A stretch of 64,000 nucleotides of DNA from a virus. Positions within the stretch are counted from its first letter, which is position 1. Each line of letters begins with the position of its first letter. This document shows positions 36,073 to 44,947 of the stretch, in pieces. Position numbers and translations under genes: made by a program. The stretch is from the IMG/VR virus record IMGVR_UViG_3300023112_001138, positions 1 through 64,000 of that record; one strand, 5' to 3'. Under the pieces are notes generated by a model that saw only the letters and a list, made by a program, of their open reading frames with translations, did not search any database and was not told the origin of the DNA.

Positions 36073-38010
36073 ATGGCAAAAAAAACAATATTTCAACAGT
36101 TAGGAGACTTATTTGGTCCTGAGATAAGTCAGAAACAAAGTAAATCCAGATATTCATTAGGTAATGAAGAATTACTTAAAACACAATCTAAAGAAGAATA
36201 CGATCATAAAAAGTTGCAAATGCAACAAAATAAATATCTTTCTGATATGTGGTCTAAGGTTGATAATGAGATATATCAGCACTCGATATATTATGAAACT
36301 ACACGATTAGCTTCATATGCAGATTTTGAAGGGATGGAATTTTTCCCAGAGATAGCAGCGGCATTAGACATTTTTATGGAAGAATCTACAACTCAAAACG
36401 GGGAAGGTAGAATTTTAAACATATTTTCAGAAAGTAAAAGAGTTAAAAGAATATTACAAGACCTATTTTTTAATAGGTTAGATATACACACAAATTTACC
36501 TATGTGGGTAAGAAACACATGTAAATACGGTGACAATTTTTTATTTTTAAATATAGATGGTGAAGAAGGTATAACCAACGTAAAACAATTACCCAATATA
36601 GAAGTAAGTAGAAAAGAGAATGATGGGTTCGGTGAAAATTCTAGTCTTGAAACTGAGGATAAATTTAACCCAGTTAAATTTGTATGGAGTAATAAGGATA
36701 TAGAATTTAATGCTTGGCAAATAGCACATTTTAGATTATTGGGTGATGATAGGAGATTACCTTATGGTACGTCAGTATTAGAAAAAGCGAGAAGAATTTG
36801 GAAACAATTACTTCTATCTGAAGATGCAATGTTAATATATAGAGTAACTAGGGCACCAGAAAGAAGGATATTTAAAATATTTGTTGGTAATATCGATGAG
36901 GCAGATGTTCCAGCATATATTAATAAAATTGCAGATAACTTTAAAAGAAGTCCAGTTATAGATCAAAAAACAGGTCAAATAGATACTAGATATAATCAAA
37001 TGGCTCAAGATCAGGATTATTTTATACCTGTTAGAGACCCTAACGCCCCTAGCCCCATAGATACTCTTCCTGGTGCAACTAACTTATCAGAAATTGCAGA
37101 TATACAATACCTACAGAAAAAATTGTTTACAGCTCTTAGAGTACCTAAACCATTTTTGGGTTTCGAGGAGGTGACTGGTGAAGGTAAAAATTTAGCACTA
37201 CAAGATATTAGATTTTCAAGGACAATAAATAGAGTACAACAATCGATAATACAAGAATTAAATAAAATCGCAATTATTCATTTATATGTTTTAGGATTAG
37301 AAGATGAATTAGAAAACTTTACGTTGTCACTTAACAACCCTTCTACTCAAGCGGATATGTTAAAAACTGAACAAACTCAATTGAAGGTAACTCTTTATAA
37401 GGATGCAGTATCAGATGCAGGTAACGGTTTTGGTGCGTATTCTATGACTAGAGCTAAAAGAGATATTTTAGGGATGAGTGAAGAAGAAATAAGAAATGAT
37501 TTAGAACAACAAAGAATGGAAAAAGCTGCATCTGCAGAAATGGAACAAACTTCTACTATAATTAAGAAGACTGGTATATTTGATAGGGTAGATACTTTAT
37601 ATGGTGAATTCGGTACAACACCAACTAACGCAGCTGGTGAAGAAGGTGGTGATGACATGTCCGGTGGAGATGAATCATTCGGTGGTGGGTCAGACTTTGG
37701 TGGTGGCGGGTCAGACTTTGGTGCTGAAATGGAAGGTGGTGCAACCGCAGAAGCGGGAGCTGAAGCTGGTGCAGCAGAAGCACCGGTAGAATCTACAAAT
37801 AAGAAAGGTGATTTAATAGTAGAGGAAAATAAATCCAAACTAACTAATAAAACCAAAAAATATCAAAACATTTATTTAAAAAGATTAATTGAGAGTATAG
37901 ATAACGATCAAAACATAATTAATGTGGATAATGGTGTAGAAAGCATAAATTCTAAGATCGAACAAATGTCAAAAGAGATAGATGGTTTAATACGAGACGA
38001 AGAAAAATAG
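36073..38010 (+). CDS. Portal protein (T4 gp20-like)
   Basis: PEIAAALDI; PYGTSVLE; EDAMLIYRVTRAPERRIFKIFVGN; IDTLPGATNL; YLQKKLFTALRVPK. Confidence 0.95.
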   Translation: MAKKTIFQQLGDLFGPEISQKQSKSRYSLGNEELLKTQSKEEYDHKKLQMQQNKYLSDMWSKVDNEIYQHSIYYETTRLASYADFEGMEFFPEIAAALDIFMEESTTQNGEGRILNIFSESKRVKRILQDLFFNRLDIHTNLPMWVRNTCKYGDNFLFLNIDGEEGITNVKQLPNIEVSRKENDGFGENSSLETEDKFNPVKFVWSNKDIEFNAWQIAHFRLLGDDRRLPYGTSVLEKARRIWKQLLLSEDAMLIYRVTRAPERRIFKIFVGNIDEADVPAYINKIADNFKRSPVIDQKTGQIDTRYNQMAQDQDYFIPVRDPNAPSPIDTLPGATNLSEIADIQYLQKKLFTALRVPKPFLGFEEVTGEGKNLALQDIRFSRTINRVQQSIIQELNKIAIIHLYVLGLEDELENFTLSLNNPSTQADMLKTEQTQLKVTLYKDAVSDAGNGFGAYSMTRAKRDILGMSEEEIRNDLEQQRMEKAASAEMEQTSTIIKKTGIFDRVDTLYGEFGTTPTNAAGEEGGDDMSGGDESFGGGSDFGGGGSDFGAEMEGGATAEAGAEAGAAEAPVESTNKKGDLIVEENKSKLTNKTKKYQNIYLKRLIESIDNDQNIINVDNGVESINSKIEQMSKEIDGLIRDEEK

Positions 38011-38050
38011 ACCTTTTTATAAAATCTTAATATTTATTAATAAAAAAAGT

Positions 38051-38824
38051 ATGAATAACTTTGGAAAAATAAAAGATACCTTTAACTTAATTCTAACAGA
38101 ATCTATCATTAAAAAAGATAGTGAAGGTAAAAAATTATTTATTAGTTACTTGAAAGAACTAAAAGAAAACAAATCATTAAAATCACAATTTTTACTATAT
38201 AAGAATTTAAGTGATAAAAAATTTATTAATGAGTCTGATGCCAAATACTATATTAAAGAAAATATCGAACTATTAAAAAAATTAGATAAAAAAGAAATTA
38301 ATAGTGGGTCAAAAAAATTAGTATCTTTATTAGAGGGTAAAGAATTAGTTAAAGAAAATATAGAATTATATAACCATATTAATGTATTAGTAGAAACTAA
38401 AAAAACAGCTTCCTCTATAGATAAAATTCAAGAGTCAATTAATTTCATCACAAGAAAGATGATGGAAGTAGATGAAGAAGAAGTTGAACAATATGAATCT
38501 CTAAATTTACCACCTAGTGTATTAACTAAATTGGCAATTAATAGATTTAATTTAAAATATTCAGATATTACAGAAAGTGAAAAAAAAATAATCAAATCAG
38601 TTTTAAACGGCACAGATGAAAACAAAGAAGATGTGTACGTAAACCTTAAAAAAGAATGTATTGATTTAATCGATAGTAAATTAAATGAAAATACTGATTT
38701 GGATATGAAAGATAAGTTACTCAGAGTAAAAGACAAACTATTGAGTATGGCTTATAATCCAGATGAATATGTTGGTGACATCGATAAGGTTTACCAACTT
38801 AAACAATCAGTGGCCACTGATTAG
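38051..38824 (+). CDS. Hypothetical helical protein of the head module
   Basis: 257 aa between portal and protease; LTES, INES, IQES, ITES sites; ATATTTATT at 38030-38038. Confidence 0.65.
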   Translation: MNNFGKIKDTFNLILTESIIKKDSEGKKLFISYLKELKENKSLKSQFLLYKNLSDKKFINESDAKYYIKENIELLKKLDKKEINSGSKKLVSLLEGKELVKENIELYNHINVLVETKKTASSIDKIQESINFITRKMMEVDEEEVEQYESLNLPPSVLTKLAINRFNLKYSDITESEKKIIKSVLNGTDENKEDVYVNLKKECIDLIDSKLNENTDLDMKDKLLRVKDKLLSMAYNPDEYVGDIDKVYQLKQSVATD

Positions 38825-38854
38825 AACCAATAACAATTATATAAAAACGTGATT

Positions 38855-39256
38855 ATGAAACAATTAATTTTAATGTTTGCGCTATTTGTTTGTTCTTTTG
38901 CAGGTTTTTCTCAAGAAAAGGGATCAACTCAATTAAGTACTTTATCAATATCTTCAACAGAAAATGTTATTAATGTTTCCTCTCCTAGTATTACTCATTT
39001 TTTCTTTGAAAATGTGGGAATTACTTTAGGTATGGCAAACTTTGATGATATCAATGTTGGTGCGAGGTATTATGTTAAAGATAACAATTTTGCATTCGCT
39101 GGTTATGGTACCAGTTCAGAATCTTTTGATTTAGGTCTAGGTAAGACCTATAAATGGAAAGATCATGTAAACATAGAACCAAGATTAACCCTTTCGGATG
39201 TTTTAAACGATGAAAGAAATCTAGGTCTAAGTATACATTTAAACTTAGTATTTTAA
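38855..39256 (+). CDS. Small outer-membrane beta-barrel protein
   Basis: Signal peptide MKQLILMFALFVCSFAGFS-Q; alternating beta strands (VGARYY, FDLGLG, NIEPRL); C-terminal Phe (LNLVF). Confidence 0.7.
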   Translation: MKQLILMFALFVCSFAGFSQEKGSTQLSTLSISSTENVINVSSPSITHFFFENVGITLGMANFDDINVGARYYVKDNNFAFAGYGTSSESFDLGLGKTYKWKDHVNIEPRLTLSDVLNDERNLGLSIHLNLVF

Positions 39257-39284
39257 CCAATAACAAAAATTAAAAAACAAAATT

Positions 39285-39509
39285 ATGGAAAAGATATTTG
39301 GAAGTATCAAAACATTTTTCTCTGGAGTTACGGATCTCTTAATGACATTCTTAACTGTAGGTATCTTAGTACAAGTACTCTTCGGTGAAGCAGTATTTGG
39401 AATGGATGTAGTAGGTAATGTTACCGCTCTAATTGAATCTTTAGGAAACTCAGGATTCGTTGGACTGTTAGCAGTTGTCTTACTAGTGAAATTGTTAGAT
39501 AAAAAATAG
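39285..39509 (+). CDS. Small membrane protein (about 2 TM segments)
   Basis: Hydrophobic segments LLMTFLTVGILVQVLFG and GFVGLLAVVLLV. Confidence 0.7.
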   Translation: MEKIFGSIKTFFSGVTDLLMTFLTVGILVQVLFGEAVFGMDVVGNVTALIESLGNSGFVGLLAVVLLVKLLDKK

Positions 39510-39537
39510 GTATATTTCAAAATAAACCAATGAGATT

Positions 39538-39564
39538 AAACCCACCCAATAAGGTGGGTTTTTT
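39538..39564 (+). terminator. Rho-independent terminator
   Basis: AAACCCACC-caataa-GGTGGGTTT followed by a T run. Confidence 0.8.
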
Positions 39565-39569
39565 CGTGG

Positions 39570-39598
39570 TTGACAAACCTATATATATTTAGTATATT
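39570..39598 (+). promoter_or_regulatory. sigma70-like promoter TTGACA-N17-TATATT
   Basis: Directly after the terminator and upstream of the 39634 ORF. Confidence 0.6.
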
Positions 39599-39633
39599 TT
39601 AATCATAAATAACATAAAAATAAAATATTATGA

Positions 39634-40074
39634 ATGAAAAAAAGAGGAAAAGAAATAACTTTAGATGTAGATTCAAGTTATAAAGTAAGATTAGGTACGG
39701 TTGACAATAAAAACCCAAAGAGTATATACATTAGTTTATGTGCTTGGGGTGAGCCAATGAAAGAAACAGAAAATATAAATTATAATAGCGTAATAAGTAA
39801 TTTAAGAAAACAAATAAAACATAATATAAATTCTACTATAGATGTAAATGACTTTCACACCGATAAATATATTGTAGATTTAGATATGAGATCTTCAGGT
39901 ATAAGTGATGGTAAAAGAAGTTTTATGTCATGTGAAATAACACTATTTCAAAAAAACAATATATCAGTTACTAAACCAAAGATGATAAACACCGCAACTG
40001 ACATCGTAAAAAATGTGATAGGTAGTTGTTTAGAAAAGCAAGAACATTTTACTTTTTATAAAACTAAAAAATAA
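39634..40074 (+). CDS. Hypothetical phage protein
   Basis: 146-aa ORF without a leader motif. Confidence 0.65.
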   Translation: MKKRGKEITLDVDSSYKVRLGTVDNKNPKSIYISLCAWGEPMKETENINYNSVISNLRKQIKHNINSTIDVNDFHTDKYIVDLDMRSSGISDGKRSFMSCEITLFQKNNISVTKPKMINTATDIVKNVIGSCLEKQEHFTFYKTKK

Positions 40075-40118
40075 AGTTTTTCTTAACATAGATATATTTA
40101 TTAGTAAAGTATGTCACT

Positions 40119-40811
40119 ATGTTAGAAATATTAAAGAGTAATGAAGTAAATAAAAAAGGTATTCTTGTAGAATACGATTCAGGATACATCTCTCCAAAAG
40201 ATAATAAACATTTTATTAATGAGGTAAATAAATTAACCAAGGGTGGAACAATAGTTGAAACTCCTTTGGTTGTTTATGCTGTAATGCAGAAATATGGTGT
40301 TGAGAATAAGAACGAAAGGATATACCCTGAAAATATTTTAAGAAGAGAAGCAGAAAACTACCTTAAACTAATTAACGAAAGAAGAGCAATGGGTGAGGCA
40401 GATCACCCGGAGAGTTCAATAGTATCGATAAGTAGGATTTCACATAATGTCACAGAATTATGGTGGGAGGGAAATGTCCTAATGGGGAAATTAGAAATTA
40501 TAATGTCACCAGGATTTGTCAACCAAGGGATTATTTCTTGTGAAGGAGATTTAGTTGCTAATTTACTACGTAATAATTTAAAGATGGGTGTATCTTCTAG
40601 AGGTGTAGGTTCCCTGGAGAAGGAGCATGGTAAAAATATAGTTCAAGATGACTTTGAATTAATATGTTGGGATGTGGTAACATCACCGTCAACTCCCGGT
40701 TCTTGGATATATAATAGAGAACCAAGTAAGGAAGAACAAATGGCAGAATCTAAAGATAATTCTGATAAGAATTTACTTATTGGTTCTTTAGATGATTTTT
40801 TATGTGACTAA
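40119..40811 (+). CDS. Prohead core protease (T4 gp21-like)
   Basis: NKNERIYP; GEADHP; RISH; GVSSRGVGS; WDVVTSPSTPG; ATATTTATT at 40094-40102. Confidence 0.93.
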   Translation: MLEILKSNEVNKKGILVEYDSGYISPKDNKHFINEVNKLTKGGTIVETPLVVYAVMQKYGVENKNERIYPENILRREAENYLKLINERRAMGEADHPESSIVSISRISHNVTELWWEGNVLMGKLEIIMSPGFVNQGIISCEGDLVANLLRNNLKMGVSSRGVGSLEKEHGKNIVQDDFELICWDVVTSPSTPGSWIYNREPSKEEQMAESKDNSDKNLLIGSLDDFLCD

Positions 40812-40922
40812 AATACCACAAAAATCATACTTTTCTAATTTTCTATATATTTATTAAAAAACATGGTACATTAGTGCCAAAATAAAATATTCTAATAATA
40901 TAAAATAAACAAAAAGAATTAA

Positions 40923-42251
40923 ATGGCTACAAAAAGAAAATCAATCATCGAAGAGGCTTTGCTAGAAGCTAAGTCTTTAGAGGATGCCTTAAAAGCCAAT
41001 ACGAAAGAAATACTTGCCACTCATATGAAGCAAGAAATTGAGAGTATCGTAGAGTCGTCTCTGAAAGAAGAAGACGAAGAATTTGAAATCGATATAGAAG
41101 GGTCCGATGAAAATGAGGATGGAATGTCAGTTGACGATGTTGTAACTGGAGATGATTCTGAAGAACTAATTAATTTAGATGCATTTACTGCAGATGAAGA
41201 AGGTGACGCAGAATTGGAATTAGATCTTGATCTTGATTTACCTGATGACGGTGAAGAGTCAGATATTGATGTTTTGGAATTACCTATGGATTTATTAGGT
41301 GGTGATGAAATAGATTTAACTGGTGCACCCGATGATGAAGTACTTAAAGTTTTCAAAGCAATGAGCGATGATGACGAAGTAGAAGTAATCAAAGATGAAT
41401 GTGGAATTCACTTAACAGATAACGAAACAGGTGCTGAGTATTACATTAAGGAAAGTATGGAAGAACTGGATGGAATGGCAGAAGGTTGTGATGACTCTTT
41501 GGAAGAAGGTTGTGAAGAATTGGAAGAAGAAACCATTTATGAAATAGAAATGGATGATCAAGGATACGATGATAAAGAAGATGAATCTTTAGGTATGAGG
41601 ACCGGTAAGGAACTTGAAGAAGAAGAATCATATTCAGATCGTAGAGAAGATTCTTACGGAAAATGGGGGGATCGTGACGATGAATCTTTGGAAGAAGATC
41701 ATACACTTGCTAGGACTAAAGGATACCAAAGAAAAGGTGGACATAGAAATAGGCAAGAAGAATCTCGTAAACCACGTAAACCAATCTCTGAAAGGAGAAA
41801 TTCACGTAAACCAATCTCTGAAAGGAGAAAAACACCTAAGAATGTAAGCAAAGTAGCTGACTCTAAAATAATGAAAGAATACAAAGAACTTAAGAGTAAA
41901 AATGAAGAATACAAAGGAGCTCTTAACGTATTCAAAGATAAACTTAATGAAGTTGCTTTATTCAATACAAATTTAGCATACGTAAATAGATTGTTTACTG
42001 AACACTCTACCACTAAAAAAGAAAAAATGAGCATCTTAAAGAGGTTCGATGAAGCTGATAGTGTTAAAGGTTCTAAATCTATTTATAAAACTATTAAATC
42101 AGAATTGGATCGTAAATCACCAATTACTGAATCAGTAGAGAAGAAAGTAAACAGAACTGTTAAGTCATCGGCTTCAGATTTAAACGAATCTACAGCATAT
42201 GTAGATCCACAAATCGTAGCGATTAAAGATTTAATGAAAAGGATATCATAA
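40923..42251 (+). CDS. Prohead core/scaffold protein (functional equivalent of gp22)
   Basis: Lies between protease and capsid genes; acidic and coiled-coil; many (I/L)-x-E sites; C-terminal DPQIVAIKDLMKRIS; ATATTTATT at 40847-40855. Confidence 0.8.
   Translation: MATKRKSIIEEALLEAKSLEDALKANTKEILATHMKQEIESIVESSLKEEDEEFEIDIEGSDENEDGMSVDDVVTGDDSEELINLDAFTADEEGDAELELDLDLDLPDDGEESDIDVLELPMDLLGGDEIDLTGAPDDEVLKVFKAMSDDDEVEVIKDECGIHLTDNETGAEYYIKESMEELDGMAEGCDDSLEEGCEELEEETIYEIEMDDQGYDDKEDESLGMRTGKELEEEESYSDRREDSYGKWGDRDDESLEEDHTLARTKGYQRKGGHRNRQEESRKPRKPISERRNSRKPISERRKTPKNVSKVADSKIMKEYKELKSKNEEYKGALNVFKDKLNEVALFNTNLAYVNRLFTEHSTTKKEKMSILKRFDEADSVKGSKSIYKTIKSELDRKSPITESVEKKVNRTVKSSASDLNESTAYVDPQIVAIKDLMKRIS
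41774..41830 (+). repeat. 27-bp direct repeat (RKPISERR x2) in the scaffold gene
   Basis: ACGTAAACCAATCTCTGAAAGGAGAAA twice, 30-bp period. Confidence 0.85.
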
Positions 42252-42283
42252 TAATAATAATATAAATTAAAACTCAAAAAAAA

Positions 42284-44035
42284 ATGGGACATTTATTAAA
42301 CTCAGGTGAAGTCGGAAATATCGGACTTGAACACTTGAAACAAATAAGATCTAAAACTATTTCGAAGTGGAACAAAATTGGTTTCCTAGAAGGTTTAAAA
42401 GGTCACGTAAGAGAGAACATTGCTCAGTTATATGAAAACCAAGCATCGGCTCTTTTAAACGAATCTACGAGTTCAAACTCATCAGGTTCATTCGAAACAG
42501 TTGTTTTTCCAATTGTAAGGAGAGTATTCTCTAAATTATTGGCTAATGACATCGTTTCAGTACAAGCTATGAATATGCCGATTGGTAAATTATTCTTCTT
42601 TGTACCGAAAACAACTGGTAGGAATCATGCAGCCTTAAACGGACCAGCATTGTCAAATCAGGAATGTGTATTTTCAGCTTGTGGTGGTAACACACTATCA
42701 GTATTTCAAGAAAAGAATCTTTATGATATCTTTTATAATGATGGATTATTTGATGCGTCTAAAGGACAATCAACACTATTTTCGGATGGTGGAATTGATC
42801 CAGTTATCTTAAGTGCAAACGGAGAATCCGTTTCAACAATATTTGCTGATCAACCTTTAGCGGCTGATGGTAGTATGAGAAATTTAACTTTCTGTATTAC
42901 TGGATTTACTGGTACAGGTGCTGGTAGAATGGTTGGTGCAGATGGTAATGAAATGGATACTGAGGCTTTCTTAGCTTCATTACACATAGTAAATGGTTCT
43001 GACCCAATTATGGCTGGTGACGGTAGTGGTAATGTAGTTATTGCAGCCAATGCTAACGTACCATTTAGATTAGTAGCACAAAAATATGGAAAAGGTATTG
43101 TCGATTACGGTGATATTTGTACTCCAGCAGGTTGTTTACTAGTTGAAGTGGATCTTACAACACCAGCTTGTGTTAGTTGTAGTGCTAATACCTTCGATGG
43201 TTACATTGGTGGTAGTGACGCAACAACATCAGCGGCAACATTCAGTGTAAACTGGATGACATATGCATCTTTAGAATATGCAACTGAAATGGGTGAGGTA
43301 TCATTCGAACTTGATGAAGTTGTTGTTTCTGTAACAGAGAGAAAGTTGAGAGCAACTTGGTCTCCTGAACTAGCACAAGATGTTAGTGCATTCCATAACA
43401 TTGATGCTGAAGCTGAATTAACGGCTTTATTATCTGAACAAGTAGCAGCTGAAATCGACAGAGAGATTCTTAGAGATTTAAGAGTAGGTGCAGCTTGGCA
43501 ATTGAGATGGGATTACAATGGTTGGAAACGAACTGCTAGTGGTGGTTTCAACGCTTACACTCAAAAAGAGTGGAATCAAACGTTGATTACTAAAATTAAT
43601 CAGTTATCAGCTCAAATTCATAAATCAACTCTAAGGGGTGGTGCTAACTTCGTAGTAGTATCTTCTGAGATATCAGCTATTTTTGATGACTTAGAATACT
43701 TCCACGTATCAAATGCGGCTCCAGAGCAAGATCAATACAACATGGGTATTGAGAAAGTAGGTTCATTAGGAGGACGTTACACAGTGTATCGTGACCCTTA
43801 CGCACCAGCTAACTCAATAATTGTTGGACATAAAGGAAAATCGTTATTGGATACTGGGTACATTTATGCACCTTACGTACCATTACAATTGACTCCAACG
43901 TTACAAAACCCATTCAACTTCGCACCAACGAAGGGGATAATGACAAGATACGCTAAGAAAATGGTTAATAACCGTTTCTACGGAGCGTTGACTGTTGATG
44001 GTGTTGTTACATTTGACATCAATGAGTTGAGATAG
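42284..44035 (+). CDS. Major capsid protein (T4 gp23-like)
   Basis: PIVRRVF...VSVQAM; RKLRATWSPELAQD...AFHNIDAEAEL; EIDREI; YAPYVPL; GIMTRY. Confidence 0.97.
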   Translation: MGHLLNSGEVGNIGLEHLKQIRSKTISKWNKIGFLEGLKGHVRENIAQLYENQASALLNESTSSNSSGSFETVVFPIVRRVFSKLLANDIVSVQAMNMPIGKLFFFVPKTTGRNHAALNGPALSNQECVFSACGGNTLSVFQEKNLYDIFYNDGLFDASKGQSTLFSDGGIDPVILSANGESVSTIFADQPLAADGSMRNLTFCITGFTGTGAGRMVGADGNEMDTEAFLASLHIVNGSDPIMAGDGSGNVVIAANANVPFRLVAQKYGKGIVDYGDICTPAGCLLVEVDLTTPACVSCSANTFDGYIGGSDATTSAATFSVNWMTYASLEYATEMGEVSFELDEVVVSVTERKLRATWSPELAQDVSAFHNIDAEAELTALLSEQVAAEIDREILRDLRVGAAWQLRWDYNGWKRTASGGFNAYTQKEWNQTLITKINQLSAQIHKSTLRGGANFVVVSSEISAIFDDLEYFHVSNAAPEQDQYNMGIEKVGSLGGRYTVYRDPYAPANSIIVGHKGKSLLDTGYIYAPYVPLQLTPTLQNPFNFAPTKGIMTRYAKKMVNNRFYGALTVDGVVTFDINELR

Positions 44036-44060
44036 TCTTAGTTAGATTATAAGTAACTTT

Positions 44061-44093
44061 AAAAGGGGTGGATTTATTTCTACCCCTTTTTTT
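44061..44093 (+). terminator. Rho-independent terminator after the major capsid gene
   Basis: AAAAGGGGTGGA-tttatt-TCTACCCCTTTT followed by a T run. Confidence 0.8.
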
Positions 44094-44129
44094 GTTTTAT
44101 AAGATATTTATTATTAAATTAGAACCAAT

Positions 44130-44942
44130 ATGAGGATTAAGAAAAAAGATGTGTTATTAGAAGCTCAATTAATAGATACTACTTCCGAATTTACCCCACA
44201 AGAAAAAAGATTGTTAAAAACATTAAAAAAGAAGTTTGGTAAGGGGGGTTATGACTCTGATTATGACAGATTTGTTGGTGCAGCATTTTTAATTGAGGAC
44301 ATGGGGATTCCTTATGATCAAGCATATGACTTATCTTTAACTCATTGGTGGCATGGAGATAAATTATATCAAGAAGTTGATCCAATCTATAAAAAAGAAG
44401 ATAGAGGGTGGCTTTATAGAAAATTAATACATCAGCTATTATCACCATATATAGAAGGTAGGGGTGAAACAATTGGCGATGCCACCATAACATGGGAAGA
44501 TCCTAACCATATAATTTCACAAAAAGATTTATTTACTGTTAAAGAAAGTGTTACATTATGGTCCGGAACTTTGGGGTTTACTTTATACATCCCTTTTAGG
44601 GGGAATATTTTGGGGATACCATCAAGTGACGTGATTCACGGCGTGAGGCACCGTTACGATATCTCAGATAAAAATACTCTGATGGTGTATATTAAATTTA
44701 TACCATACGATGAAAAAGGTCACCCTAAAATGGGTACACATGTTAAGTTTGATGTAAAATATGTTGTTGGGGATTCCACGATGAGGCATGAAAATAATAA
44801 TGAAAAAAATATGATGAGTTTTGATATTCCTATTCCCTCCCCATTAGATAAAGATAATATGTATAAAATTTTTACTGACTCTTTAAAGGATGTATTGGAG
44901 AAAATAGAAAGTATGACTTTTACTTTAAACCCACCTGAATAA
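44130..44942 (+). CDS. Hypothetical protein with a leader ending VLLE
   Basis: MRIKKKDVLLEAQ; ATATTTATT at 44104-44112. Confidence 0.6.
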   Translation: MRIKKKDVLLEAQLIDTTSEFTPQEKRLLKTLKKKFGKGGYDSDYDRFVGAAFLIEDMGIPYDQAYDLSLTHWWHGDKLYQEVDPIYKKEDRGWLYRKLIHQLLSPYIEGRGETIGDATITWEDPNHIISQKDLFTVKESVTLWSGTLGFTLYIPFRGNILGIPSSDVIHGVRHRYDISDKNTLMVYIKFIPYDEKGHPKMGTHVKFDVKYVVGDSTMRHENNNEKNMMSFDIPIPSPLDKDNMYKIFTDSLKDVLEKIESMTFTLNPPE

Positions 44943-44947
44943 CCAAC

